DNA of 64,000 bases from a phage. The stretch lies in NCBI GenBank assembly GCA_024686575.1, contig GCA_024686575.1_4863.1. One strand, 5' to 3'. The notes below the pieces were generated by a model. The model was given only the letters and a program-made list of their open reading frames with translations. It was not told the DNA's origin and made no database searches. Within the stretch, counting starts at the first letter, position 1; each line of letters opens with the position of its first letter. Shown here piece after piece: positions 39,023 through 47,898 of this stretch. A program made the translations under genes and the position numbers.

Positions 39023-41702
39023 TCCGATGTAGGGTGGCAGCGGCTCTGCTGGACGCGGCGGAGTGAGCATGTGATTTCCTTACAACGTAGGGGGATGTCG
39101 CAATACGGAACGACAATACGACATCCTTGAGTGATTTCTGACGGGCATTCAGGTAATTGCAATGCTTCGGTACGTTATACGCATGGAATAACCACACCGT
39201 TGGGTCTATTTCACCCCATTCGTTGTGGAGAATCTTACGTGGACGACCGGCCATCTGTTCGTTCAGTTGCTGGTCTTCTACCGGGGTTGAGATGTACATG
39301 TGTACCAACCCAGGTTTATCGACCGCAGTCCCCGCTTTCCCCGGTGTGGAGATAGAGAAGTCTGCTTGGATAAAGTCGTCATACGAATCGCCTGCATTAT
39401 ATTTCGCCACCATCAGTGGATGGAATACAGGGTCACGCGATAACTTATCTTTCACATACTCGGTAAAGAACTCACACATCGCTACCGTAGCAAAGAGTAT
39501 CAAACATTTTTGGCCAGGCTGATACCGTTTAAGAAACGATTTCTCAACCACATCCCAGATCATGTTTGCGTATTCTAAATGCAAGTTCTCTTTAATCAGC
39601 TTCCCTTCGAAGAGCTTGTGGTTATACGGCGTCATCTTCGACGCCCACCACGCAAACTTCTTATCATCCAGTCGATAGTACAACGCCTTCACGTCAACCA
39701 CCGGAATGATTGGAATACTGATTCGGTACTCCATTGGGAAACGTTCTAAATACCGCTCCGCGATAAAGGCTTTACTGCTACCCGGCTTAAGAGTTGCAGA
39801 CATCTCTATCGATGCCGGCGGATTCAACATTATACCAGCCATGTAAACGAGGTGAAAATGCTCGTGCACCTCATCCATCGCCACCAGACCCACACCCAGA
39901 ACATCATAAAACGTATCCAGGTCCACAGGGTTAGTCGCAGCAGTGTTAATGTACTCCTTCAGGAAACGCTGTAGAGAGACCGTGGGGAGGATTATTACCT
40001 TAATACCACGACTATCTAGCTCTCCCGACTTACCCATCTCCAGTGCGTCGTAAATCGCCTGTACGCCTGTACAAACTAACACCTCGTCACGAAGTATACG
40101 AAGTCCTGTTTCATCATCACAGACGTCAAACAGCCATTTGGGAACGTACGACGGACGGTGAATCAATGCGGTACGGGTTCCCCGTTTAACCATCGACTTC
40201 ATACAGGTCTTGGTGTTGTGCGTAACAATCCACTGTCCCAGAACGTACAGATGTTCATCGTTGTCGACAGTAATGCACGAACCATGACTCTTCCCAACAT
40301 ACACGATAGACTTAACACGGAGTTTCAGTGTATCGTTGTATTGACCGTTGTCGCGACACAGCGCTTTCTTACGCGGGAGGTTGAACAGCATTGAAGGTGT
40401 CTTGTGCCTAATGAACACCATATAAGCCAATTTACCTTCTCTACGTTCTCCTTTGTAAGTAAAGAACGGACGTTTTGTGGATATAGTTGCAATACCACCT
40501 AACGATCTCACCAACTCCTGGACGCCCAACGCCAGCGACTCGCTGGTGCTACAATACGACGGCTGCCCTCCATCTTTATTCACGGTTCCGTCCGTGTCCA
40601 TTAAACCGCGCAGCAGCTCCCAGCGTTGCTCAATCGAGCCTTCAAAATATTCATCCGGAATATATTTTCTATCAGACCCTTTCCCTAGAAGACCGTGGTC
40701 CTGCAAATAGAGCGGCCAGGACATCGGCACTTCACGTCTGCGACGACGCATTCTATACTGATAACGATCGGCGGGAACCATCTCGGTATCGTCAGGTAAA
40801 TACTTCCTCACCAGCTCGACAGTTTCTGGATCGGCTGATGTGAAGCCTACCGCGCCATTTTCACAGGCGTGGCCGTTTCCCAAGAATGCCCCCATGAGAT
40901 ACGGATGTATTTTAAAGCACTTTTCACTTGTCTCTTCCGGTTCAGGTAACGGAATGTAGACTCGCGGGTTCGGCATTGCAATCAGTCGCTGAATTTCTTC
41001 CGTACTTCTTACCTGCCACCGAGTGTTTGGTGTGGTATTGACGTAGTAGGATTGCCAGAGATGCTCTTTACCGACCACAGTCTTACGTCCGTCAGCAAAA
41101 GTTATCTCGTAAAAATCCCAATCTTCATGCGGGTACACCGCCGTCACATTCGTCGGCTTCCCATCCCTACCGATTACCACATCCCCGACTTCTAGCTCTC
41201 CATGTAATTTCCACCCACCAGGAATCCTTACACGCTGATCCCATCTACAGACCTTTCCTCTTCCTGTTTGTATCGCGAAAACCGTTTGTGAACGCGATGG
41301 ATCTGTTGCGGCGGCTACGACTTCATTCTGATAATAGAAACGCGACTCTGGGTCTGTTTCTTCCATCTTGAATCCGTAATTATCAAACGTGCACTTATAA
41401 GGTTCTGCACGTTCAGGATGGTGCTCTGTTAGCTTGTACTGAAAAGCGTATTCAATTGCTGCTCGTTGGAGGATATGTTTAATCTTCTCAGCGAACACTT
41501 TATGGAAAATGAACGTCCTTAAAGACGGAATGTGAGCGTAGTACGCGTCACCGCGTTCCGTAGTTATTCGTCCATGTTGCTTGCCCATCTTTGGGGCGTG
41601 CATATTCTCTTCGGCCCACGCGAGTATGGCCCTTTCAGCCTGGCGGATAGGGACTTCAACCCGTACCCCCATACTCGTGTAAGTCATTTGAATTTCTACC
41701 AT
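38958..41702 (-). CDS. SF2 DExH-box helicase interrupted by an intein
   Basis: Extein motifs: P-loop-like QTGRGKV | TKT split by the intein, motif II LVAMDEVHEHF, motif III MSATLKPG, motif VI QMAGRPRKI. Likely start is M20 (MVEIQ..., ATG 41700-41702) because a terminator hairpin for the upstream gene lies at 41727-41745. Confidence 0.75.
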   Translation of the reverse strand: MVEIQMTYTSMGVRVEVPIRQAERAILAWAEENMHAPKMGKQHGRITTERGDAYYAHIPSLRTFIFHKVFAEKIKHILQRAAIEYAFQYKLTEHHPERAEPYKCTFDNYGFKMEETDPESRFYYQNEVVAAATDPSRSQTVFAIQTGRGKVCRWDQRVRIPGGWKLHGELEVGDVVIGRDGKPTNVTAVYPHEDWDFYEITFADGRKTVVGKEHLWQSYYVNTTPNTRWQVRSTEEIQRLIAMPNPRVYIPLPEPEETSEKCFKIHPYLMGAFLGNGHACENGAVGFTSADPETVELVRKYLPDDTEMVPADRYQYRMRRRRREVPMSWPLYLQDHGLLGKGSDRKYIPDEYFEGSIEQRWELLRGLMDTDGTVNKDGGQPSYCSTSESLALGVQELVRSLGGIATISTKRPFFTYKGERREGKLAYMVFIRHKTPSMLFNLPRKKALCRDNGQYNDTLKLRVKSIVYVGKSHGSCITVDNDEHLYVLGQWIVTHNTKTCMKSMVKRGTRTALIHRPSYVPKWLFDVCDDETGLRILRDEVLVCTGVQAIYDALEMGKSGELDSRGIKVIILPTVSLQRFLKEYINTAATNPVDLDTFYDVLGVGLVAMDEVHEHFHLVYMAGIMLNPPASIEMSATLKPGSSKAFIAERYLERFPMEYRISIPIIPVVDVKALYYRLDDKKFAWWASKMTPYNHKLFEGKLIKENLHLEYANMIWDVVEKSFLKRYQPGQKCLILFATVAMCEFFTEYVKDKLSRDPVFHPLMVAKYNAGDSYDDFIQADFSISTPGKAGTAVDKPGLVHMYISTPVEDQQLNEQMAGRPRKILHNEWGEIDPTVWLFHAYNVPKHCNYLNARQKSLKDVVLSFRIATSPYVVRKSHAHSAASSRAAATLHRNDFSKFSRKHSKGVSRRRRRR
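40215..41249 (-). mobile_element. intein (Hint domain) with a two-motif LAGLIDADG homing endonuclease
   Basis: 345 aa (residues 171-515 of the track ORF). N-terminal block CRWDQRVRIP...GELEVGDVVIGRDG and TxxH-like block; LAGLIDADG-like motifs PYLMGAFLGNGHA and LLRGLMDTDGTV; C-terminal blocks CITVDNDEHLYVL and GQWIVTHN followed by +1 Thr. Boundary codons checked on the nucleotide sequence. Confidence 0.8.
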
Positions 41703-41716
41703 GCTGCCCCTCTTCG

Positions 41717-41745
41717 CACAAAAAAAGAGGGGCGCAAGGCCCCTC
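41717..41745 (-). terminator. rho-independent terminator
   Basis: Hairpin GAGGGGC-GCAAG-GCCCCTC with a minus-strand T-run, directly after the beta'-like gene stop (41749). Confidence 0.65.
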
Positions 41746-41748
41746 GGT

Positions 41749-43854
41749 TTACAACTCAATTACCACAGCGGCTCCTAGGTCATCGTACAACGATGCCGGG
41801 ATTTTGTACTCGGTATAAAAACCAACGCGATCGATATTCCCCTGCTGTCCTTCAAACAACAACATCGGAATTGCCGAGCGCAAACTAATGAGCGTGTTGT
41901 GATCGACAAACCGTTTCCCTGTAGCGTTAGTAGAATCCTCACTGTCAAATCCTACTGCCGGGAACGGATTGGTTGGCGACTCTACACGAGATATCGCCAA
42001 CATAATCGCAATGTGCGTCATCGGTATACCACTCAGCTTACGCTGGATATACTTAAACGTGTCCATCAACGCATAAGTACACTGTTTCTCTGTAGCACCA
42101 CCCATTTCAACCAACGTCACCGGTTTCACACGACCTTGTTTCTTGTTCAGCTTCACAGTCGAGGCTGTGTTGATGATTTCCACAATGTCTTCGTTCTTAT
42201 CGGCAGCAATCGAACGGAGCTTGGTTTCTAAGCCGGCTACGAACTCCGCCATCGATTCAGAACGGTTGGTGTAGACCAGGACCGGGTGTTTCGGGTTCCA
42301 TCCTTTTAAGGGGATTTCTACCGTCTTCTTCTCGATACGAATGTTCGCTCGTTGTTTCAAGAAGTAGTGCAGGAACGGTTTAGAGAAGTTCCCACAAACA
42401 CCCATTCGCACATCGATAGAATCCGCAGCGATTATCTGCCCATCTTCTAAACGACGTTGGAAAGTTAAGTCGGTGATTTCTGGTAATGCCGTTTCATCAA
42501 TTGCATCGAGATCTTCATGATACGCAATCTGGCTCAGCTCCGAATAAACTTTGTCGGTAACAACCAACTCGTATTCTGACCAATTCCCACGCTGTGGTTT
42601 TGGCAGCAAGCACAACCCTTTCAGAGAGTTATGTTTGTATTCGGTCATATACTCACGCATACGTGGGGTGAGTACCAGGTTGAGCAGATAACGCAAGAAG
42701 TCAAGGTGCTTGGTAGAGAGAATTCCCTGTGTACCCTTTTCCGAGATGGACGTGGATGCCAGGTGACCTGGTGACGTACCTTCAGAGAGGTTATAAATCA
42801 AATCCCCCATACAGGTCGCACAGATGGACTGATTCGCCATCTCTTTACAGGTCATGGCACTACGGAAGACCAGCGGTTTGCCAACCAGGTCTGCGTATCC
42901 GCCTTTCTCAAATCGCAACCACGGACCATTATCGCCTTCTAAACGATAACGCATCCCCACCATCGCTTTATAGGCACGCTCATCCAGCTGCGTATCCTTA
43001 AACGTGTAGCGGTGTGCGTGTGTTGTACCGCAGTCGTCGTACGTGAAATACATCAGTACGTTTGCTGCCAGCTGCAGTTTACGTGAGGCGTATTCTGCTT
43101 CGGCAATCTTGTCAGTGTTGTACAGGTGGGAACGTGAAGTTGCACCAGATTCTTTCAAACGCGAAATAACCGAATGCATTCCGGTAAAGAAGCCTTCCCA
43201 CACCTGATTGGTGTATACACGTGAGTCAATTTCTGACGTTTTGCCGCGCACGAACGCTTGCAGTACCTGGTTCATCTTCACGGTACCGTCCAGTACCGAC
43301 ATTACGACTGGGTTATACCGCAGCGCAGGGTCTTTGAAGATTTTCTCGATAAGCTTATACGCTTCTTCAACCATATCCTGACCATCTTCATCGTAGCCAG
43401 TAGGATACTGCACTTCCCACTGACGGATGAGTTCGAAGTTCGGGTGGTCGTAGATCTCCATCATCGTATCAAAGTCGATTGTCGTACAATAGGACAGCAA
43501 GTTCTTCACTGTCATGTTGAACGCATCGGCGTAGACATGTTGACTCAGGATATAACGCGTTTCAGCAAGGTCGACACCTGCTTTACGGGCCAGTACCGCT
43601 GCTTCCGACATAAAGTCCAGATGCAGGTCATCTGTTGCTACCTGACCTGGACGATACGCCATGGTCGATGGAGTGGGCACCTGCGGATACAGACGCGACA
43701 CACCCCAATACGGCCAGCTGAGTTTGATGTGGCGACTAGACATTTCCAACGACTTACCATCGTCGAAAGTCACGTAATAACGCCCGCGTAGTTTCCACAC
43801 CTGATCAGAGTTAAGCATACGCAAATCACGTACGTGTACAGAACGACCCGCCAT
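41749..43854 (-). CDS. multisubunit RNA polymerase beta'-like subunit, C-terminal part
   Basis: 701 aa; STSISEKGTQGILSTKH resembles the beta' trigger loop (SIGEPGTQLTMRTFH); ATG overlaps the TAA of the upstream beta-like gene (TAATG). Confidence 0.6.
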   Translation of the reverse strand: MAGRSVHVRDLRMLNSDQVWKLRGRYYVTFDDGKSLEMSSRHIKLSWPYWGVSRLYPQVPTPSTMAYRPGQVATDDLHLDFMSEAAVLARKAGVDLAETRYILSQHVYADAFNMTVKNLLSYCTTIDFDTMMEIYDHPNFELIRQWEVQYPTGYDEDGQDMVEEAYKLIEKIFKDPALRYNPVVMSVLDGTVKMNQVLQAFVRGKTSEIDSRVYTNQVWEGFFTGMHSVISRLKESGATSRSHLYNTDKIAEAEYASRKLQLAANVLMYFTYDDCGTTHAHRYTFKDTQLDERAYKAMVGMRYRLEGDNGPWLRFEKGGYADLVGKPLVFRSAMTCKEMANQSICATCMGDLIYNLSEGTSPGHLASTSISEKGTQGILSTKHLDFLRYLLNLVLTPRMREYMTEYKHNSLKGLCLLPKPQRGNWSEYELVVTDKVYSELSQIAYHEDLDAIDETALPEITDLTFQRRLEDGQIIAADSIDVRMGVCGNFSKPFLHYFLKQRANIRIEKKTVEIPLKGWNPKHPVLVYTNRSESMAEFVAGLETKLRSIAADKNEDIVEIINTASTVKLNKKQGRVKPVTLVEMGGATEKQCTYALMDTFKYIQRKLSGIPMTHIAIMLAISRVESPTNPFPAVGFDSEDSTNATGKRFVDHNTLISLRSAIPMLLFEGQQGNIDRVGFYTEYKIPASLYDDLGAAVVIEL

Positions 43855-46091
43855 TATTTATCCTCCCGAATTGGACGCACTAATTCAAAACCTTCACAGC
43901 GATGGATGTTACGTATCATCCTGTCAATCTGCGAATCACCCATTGGCAGTTTCTTACGATCGACCAGCACCCCTGGATTGGTTGGTGTTGGCGAGTTATA
44001 CAGCCCCGTTACGATCGCACGGTGTACCGCAGGGTTATTAGCGCGGTCATGAGTTTCGGGGAAGTTGCCCGGACCAAAGCCGTCGGTAAGACGCTGCTCG
44101 GAAGGACCACCCCACTTCAACCCTTTCAGGTTAATCGGATATGAACCACGTCCTTGGTTGGATGCATCAATACAACCCAAATAGTTCGTGTACATCGACG
44201 AGATACTGGAGAACTCACGACCGGTTTTATCCAGGCGCAGAGTCTCTACCATGCCGACGTAAAACTGGTTCTTCGTCCACTCTTTCTCACCCTGATAGTT
44301 AGTAATCAGTAGCTTAGACTTGCGTGGTGCATACTCGCCTAGAGCACGGCAGATTTCTACCTGGGTAGCATTCAATTCGTGGGGAAGCCAGATACGAATC
44401 GTGAAGTCGTAAATCTCTTTAAAGAGTTCCAGACGTGACCCAGTATCCGGGTGACTGGCATTGAGATAGAATGTCCAGCGTGGGTTATAGCGATCGATAT
44501 AGTCCATCAGGATTTCCCAGGCTTCATCAACCTGGTTGGCGGCAAGTAAAGGTTTCAACCGCATCTTCAACTGCTCGGATGCAGCAGACCAATACATGTG
44601 GAACAGCGCAGCATAAGTCGAACGACGAATTACGGCGTTCATGGAACGAATGACATGCACACGTTCTCCGAACTCGTTAATCGGCATTTCTTCATCAGGC
44701 CGCACTGCGCCCACGATACCTTTTGTACCTGAACGGTCGGTGATTTTCGATGAGACGGTAACTGGGATTGGATAACGTACCACGATGCGTATCGTGTAAC
44801 TACCAATTGGGTCCCAGAGACCACGCTGAACCGGCTGCGCCAGTTTGTTTAACACGTTCTTATCAGCAGAACGGTTATACTCGCCTTTACGCATGGCTTC
44901 ATCGTATTCACGACCAATCTCTTCACGGAAGTCGTTATAGACTTCATACGTCTCAGAACAGAACGCCTTGTCAAGAATCTCAAACGCTTTCGGTGACCAG
45001 ACGATATTCTTGTCCTTGGACATCGCAAAATAGAACCGTACGATATCATTGTAAAAACGTTTCAAAGCGTTCGCGTAGTGATCTAACTCGCGTTTGTTCT
45101 CTTCGGTACATGCGATATTGTTAACACCACGATCGCATTTGGTTTCGTCCCGCCATACCTGAATATCAACGACACGAGAACCGGTACGTTCCATCTTTTC
45201 AAAGTCGCCAGCCAGTCGCGCTTTGTAATGCTCAGGGTCGGCATCAACATACTCACAACGGTCGAAGTGCGGAGAGACATGTTGTGTTTCACCTACGTGC
45301 GAGTCAATGGCTGCCCATAGCTTATCGAAACGGCGCGCGGCAATAACCAACCCATCATCACGAATTGCCTGTCCTTTATTGGGCAGGTACTGTGGTCGAC
45401 GAACGCCATCAATACCCGTTGTCCCATACGTATCAAGCAGGTACTCGTCGTCGCGCAAGGTAAAGTCGATTGCACGCAAACCATAAGCGTGCATCGCTTT
45501 CGCTGCAGTTTCGGAGATGGTGTACGAGTCCTCGATAATGTCCGGGTGCGACATCGTCACGGTGTGCAGGTTGACCCCATCGACAAACTCACCGTCTTTC
45601 TGTGCCGGCAGCACGGTAAGCATTTCATCTTTTTCCAGGTGCTGCGTCTGCCCGCGCAGCAACGCCTGAAGTTTCCCAGTAGCCTCTTTCTTAGACGAGA
45701 AAATGTTATCGTGGTTGGTGTAATACTTAATATCGATTACATCAATCATCACTTTGCGCTGGTTGGTTAAATCTGCGCGCGTGAAGAAGATAACATGTTG
45801 GAGCGGTTCGTGATCCCCTTCACGACCATAGCGTGCAAAAACAGCTGCACGAGTAACACCTTCTTTGGTTGTGTAACTGCACACGGTACCACTGTCTTCC
45901 ACGATATCGTTAAAACAATAATCGTGGTAGTTCACATCAGCGCCGGTAAAATGGATAGTCGGATCTGGATTGTCCAGTGGTACCGCCGACTTCATATGTC
46001 CACCCACCATTGAGGCACGTGCCCCAGATACGCCAGTGATATTCACCTCACGGTCAGCAACGCTTGACATGAGTTCGACTGGTGTTTTCAT
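43854..46091 (-). CDS. multisubunit RNA polymerase beta-like subunit, C-terminal part
   Basis: 745 aa; DRSGTKGIVGAVRPDEEMP resembles the beta GRHGNKGVVSKI..EDMP segment, with a downstream YVGMVETLRLDK (compare YMYMLKLNHLVDDK); AAAGGAG RBS; 15-mer motif 31 nt upstream. Confidence 0.7.
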   Translation of the reverse strand: MKTPVELMSSVADREVNITGVSGARASMVGGHMKSAVPLDNPDPTIHFTGADVNYHDYCFNDIVEDSGTVCSYTTKEGVTRAAVFARYGREGDHEPLQHVIFFTRADLTNQRKVMIDVIDIKYYTNHDNIFSSKKEATGKLQALLRGQTQHLEKDEMLTVLPAQKDGEFVDGVNLHTVTMSHPDIIEDSYTISETAAKAMHAYGLRAIDFTLRDDEYLLDTYGTTGIDGVRRPQYLPNKGQAIRDDGLVIAARRFDKLWAAIDSHVGETQHVSPHFDRCEYVDADPEHYKARLAGDFEKMERTGSRVVDIQVWRDETKCDRGVNNIACTEENKRELDHYANALKRFYNDIVRFYFAMSKDKNIVWSPKAFEILDKAFCSETYEVYNDFREEIGREYDEAMRKGEYNRSADKNVLNKLAQPVQRGLWDPIGSYTIRIVVRYPIPVTVSSKITDRSGTKGIVGAVRPDEEMPINEFGERVHVIRSMNAVIRRSTYAALFHMYWSAASEQLKMRLKPLLAANQVDEAWEILMDYIDRYNPRWTFYLNASHPDTGSRLELFKEIYDFTIRIWLPHELNATQVEICRALGEYAPRKSKLLITNYQGEKEWTKNQFYVGMVETLRLDKTGREFSSISSMYTNYLGCIDASNQGRGSYPINLKGLKWGGPSEQRLTDGFGPGNFPETHDRANNPAVHRAIVTGLYNSPTPTNPGVLVDRKKLPMGDSQIDRMIRNIHRCEGFELVRPIREDK

Positions 46092-46121
46092 TCGTAAATG
46101 CTCCTTTTGGTTACCTCGGTA

Positions 46122-46136
46122 AGATAATATCTATCT
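46122..46136 (-). promoter_or_regulatory. conserved 15-mer AGATAATATCTATCT, copy 3
   Basis: Exact 15-mer 31 nt upstream of the RNAP beta-like gene start (46091), in the divergent region shared with the + gene at 46158. Confidence 0.55.
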
Positions 46137-46157
46137 GTTTTATTTTAAGGAGAGACG

Positions 46158-46481
46158 ATGCTAGATAAATTTGCTACCTTATCCGAAATAATACCTTCGC
46201 CTGATTCGACCAAGTATAAGGTGTTGCATGACTATACAGACTTCCTTCGCAAACACCCAGATACTACAGAAGAAGTTGTTGACCCAAAATATGCCTACCC
46301 AGAGGTACACAGTTTCTACGCGTACTGTCGTCTCAAACAGTACGATAATAGTATTATTTATCCGATGATGTTAATGAACGGAATTTCTACTCCGTTCGAT
46401 TTCACGCCAGAGATAAGAACCTTATTGGTTCCTAGTGTCGGTGTGGTAAGTAACATCTTATCGACTATCGTAGAATCTTGA
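46158..46481 (+). CDS. hypothetical protein
   Basis: 107-aa ORF, ATG with AAGGAG RBS; bidirectional terminator downstream. Confidence 0.5.
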   Translation: MLDKFATLSEIIPSPDSTKYKVLHDYTDFLRKHPDTTEEVVDPKYAYPEVHSFYAYCRLKQYDNSIIYPMMLMNGISTPFDFTPEIRTLLVPSVGVVSNILSTIVES

Positions 46482-46512
46482 AAAAAAGAAGGGACGCCCA
46501 GTCCCTTCTTTC
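46479..46512. terminator. bidirectional rho-independent terminator
   Basis: Hairpin GAAGGGAC-GCCCA-GTCCCTTC flanked by an A-run and a T-rich tract, between convergent genes. Confidence 0.65.
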
Positions 46513-46518
46513 TAACGC

Positions 46519-47886
46519 TTAACGTAAATTAGCTGATGAGAATGGTAGGTTGCCTAAACTGCTGCTACTTCCGCCACCTAAACCACCCAGACCACCTAAC
46601 ACGTCACTACTCCCTCCTAAGAGGTTGGTGCTACCGCCGCCCAACTGCGTGCTACCCCCCAAGAGATTATTACTACTTCCCAGCAAACCAGAACCCAGAC
46701 CACTTTCTTTCGTCACCGCATTACCACGCAGCGCTTCACCGAGAGACAGTTCTTTAATTGTCCCTTTCGGTAAATGGCCGTTGTTCTCACGCAGCGCTTC
46801 CTGAATCTTCGGTGCTAACGCATTGAAGCTATTAGCCGAAGACGCCTGTTGCGCTTTCTTCGCACGGAAATAGTTTACCGGATCATTGAGATCAAGATTT
46901 TCCTGCGGAGCTTGTTGAGAAGCTAAAGCAACGACCGGCTTTGTGCCGGCAGGTGTACGCCCGATACGGAAATCTGTTGCGGTGGTGTCTGTTGCCTGAT
47001 CGTTACGTGGGCCGGTATTATACGGCAGAGTTTGGATAACGTTATCATAAACGCTCATGTTATCCAGTTGGCCAATCCATTCTTCTTCTAACGGACGCAG
47101 TGGAGTGTGGTCACGCAGACCACGAACCACTTGATTGTAGTTGGTCACGTATTGTGCCCAACCGCGTGCCAAAGAACCGAAGTACGGACGCGGATCGTTA
47201 GAACCAGTAACCGAAGGATACCAACCAAACACTGCAGTTAGCAGGTTAAAGATAATGACCTTATCCTGCTTACGCTGGAGCTTGGCACCGAAGAATGTTG
47301 CCGTACCATCCAGTGACTCTTCTTCAAACATGTGTTTGTAGTTCGCCACGCGGATATATTTGATACCCTCAATGGTCATATCGCTGGAGATGAAGATACT
47401 GGTGATCTTTGTCTTTTTATCTTCTTCCAGCAAACCGTAAACATAGTTCTTCACCGCTTGCCAGCTCTGAACCAGTTTCTTATCCATCGTCGGATCTTTC
47501 AGGTCAGCACAAACCACATCGCTTAAAAACTTCTTGTAAGCTGCCAGACGGATATTCTTTCCTTCGGCTGCTGTTTCCAAAATAGCATCGATTAGCTCGA
47601 AGCTTTTCAGGAAGAGGTTCGCGTTGATGGCTTTCTTCAGGAAGCGAATCGTTCCAGATTCGCCAGCCAGTACCGATTCACACAGTGGGTGGAACGCATG
47701 ACACTCACTACCTTCATCGTCTTCCAACCCACGCTTAATCATCGCTGCAGTTGGAAGCACCAAGCGGCGCTTCACTTTGTTGTAGGTGAACATTGCTGGA
47801 TGACCATCATCGATAGTCAGCATGTCACCTTCGAATCCGTATCCGAGAGAGGTCAGAAACGAACGGTAGAATTCAATCAATTTCAT
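46519..47886 (-). CDS. hypothetical protein with Gly/Ser/Leu-rich C-terminal tail
   Basis: 455 aa; C-terminal 60 aa is a low-complexity repeat LLGGSTQLGGGSTNLLGGSSDVLGGLGGLGGGSSSS. Confidence 0.55.
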   Translation of the reverse strand: MKLIEFYRSFLTSLGYGFEGDMLTIDDGHPAMFTYNKVKRRLVLPTAAMIKRGLEDDEGSECHAFHPLCESVLAGESGTIRFLKKAINANLFLKSFELIDAILETAAEGKNIRLAAYKKFLSDVVCADLKDPTMDKKLVQSWQAVKNYVYGLLEEDKKTKITSIFISSDMTIEGIKYIRVANYKHMFEEESLDGTATFFGAKLQRKQDKVIIFNLLTAVFGWYPSVTGSNDPRPYFGSLARGWAQYVTNYNQVVRGLRDHTPLRPLEEEWIGQLDNMSVYDNVIQTLPYNTGPRNDQATDTTATDFRIGRTPAGTKPVVALASQQAPQENLDLNDPVNYFRAKKAQQASSANSFNALAPKIQEALRENNGHLPKGTIKELSLGEALRGNAVTKESGLGSGLLGSSNNLLGGSTQLGGGSTNLLGGSSDVLGGLGGLGGGSSSSLGNLPFSSANLR

Positions 47887-47898
47887 GGTTAATAATCC

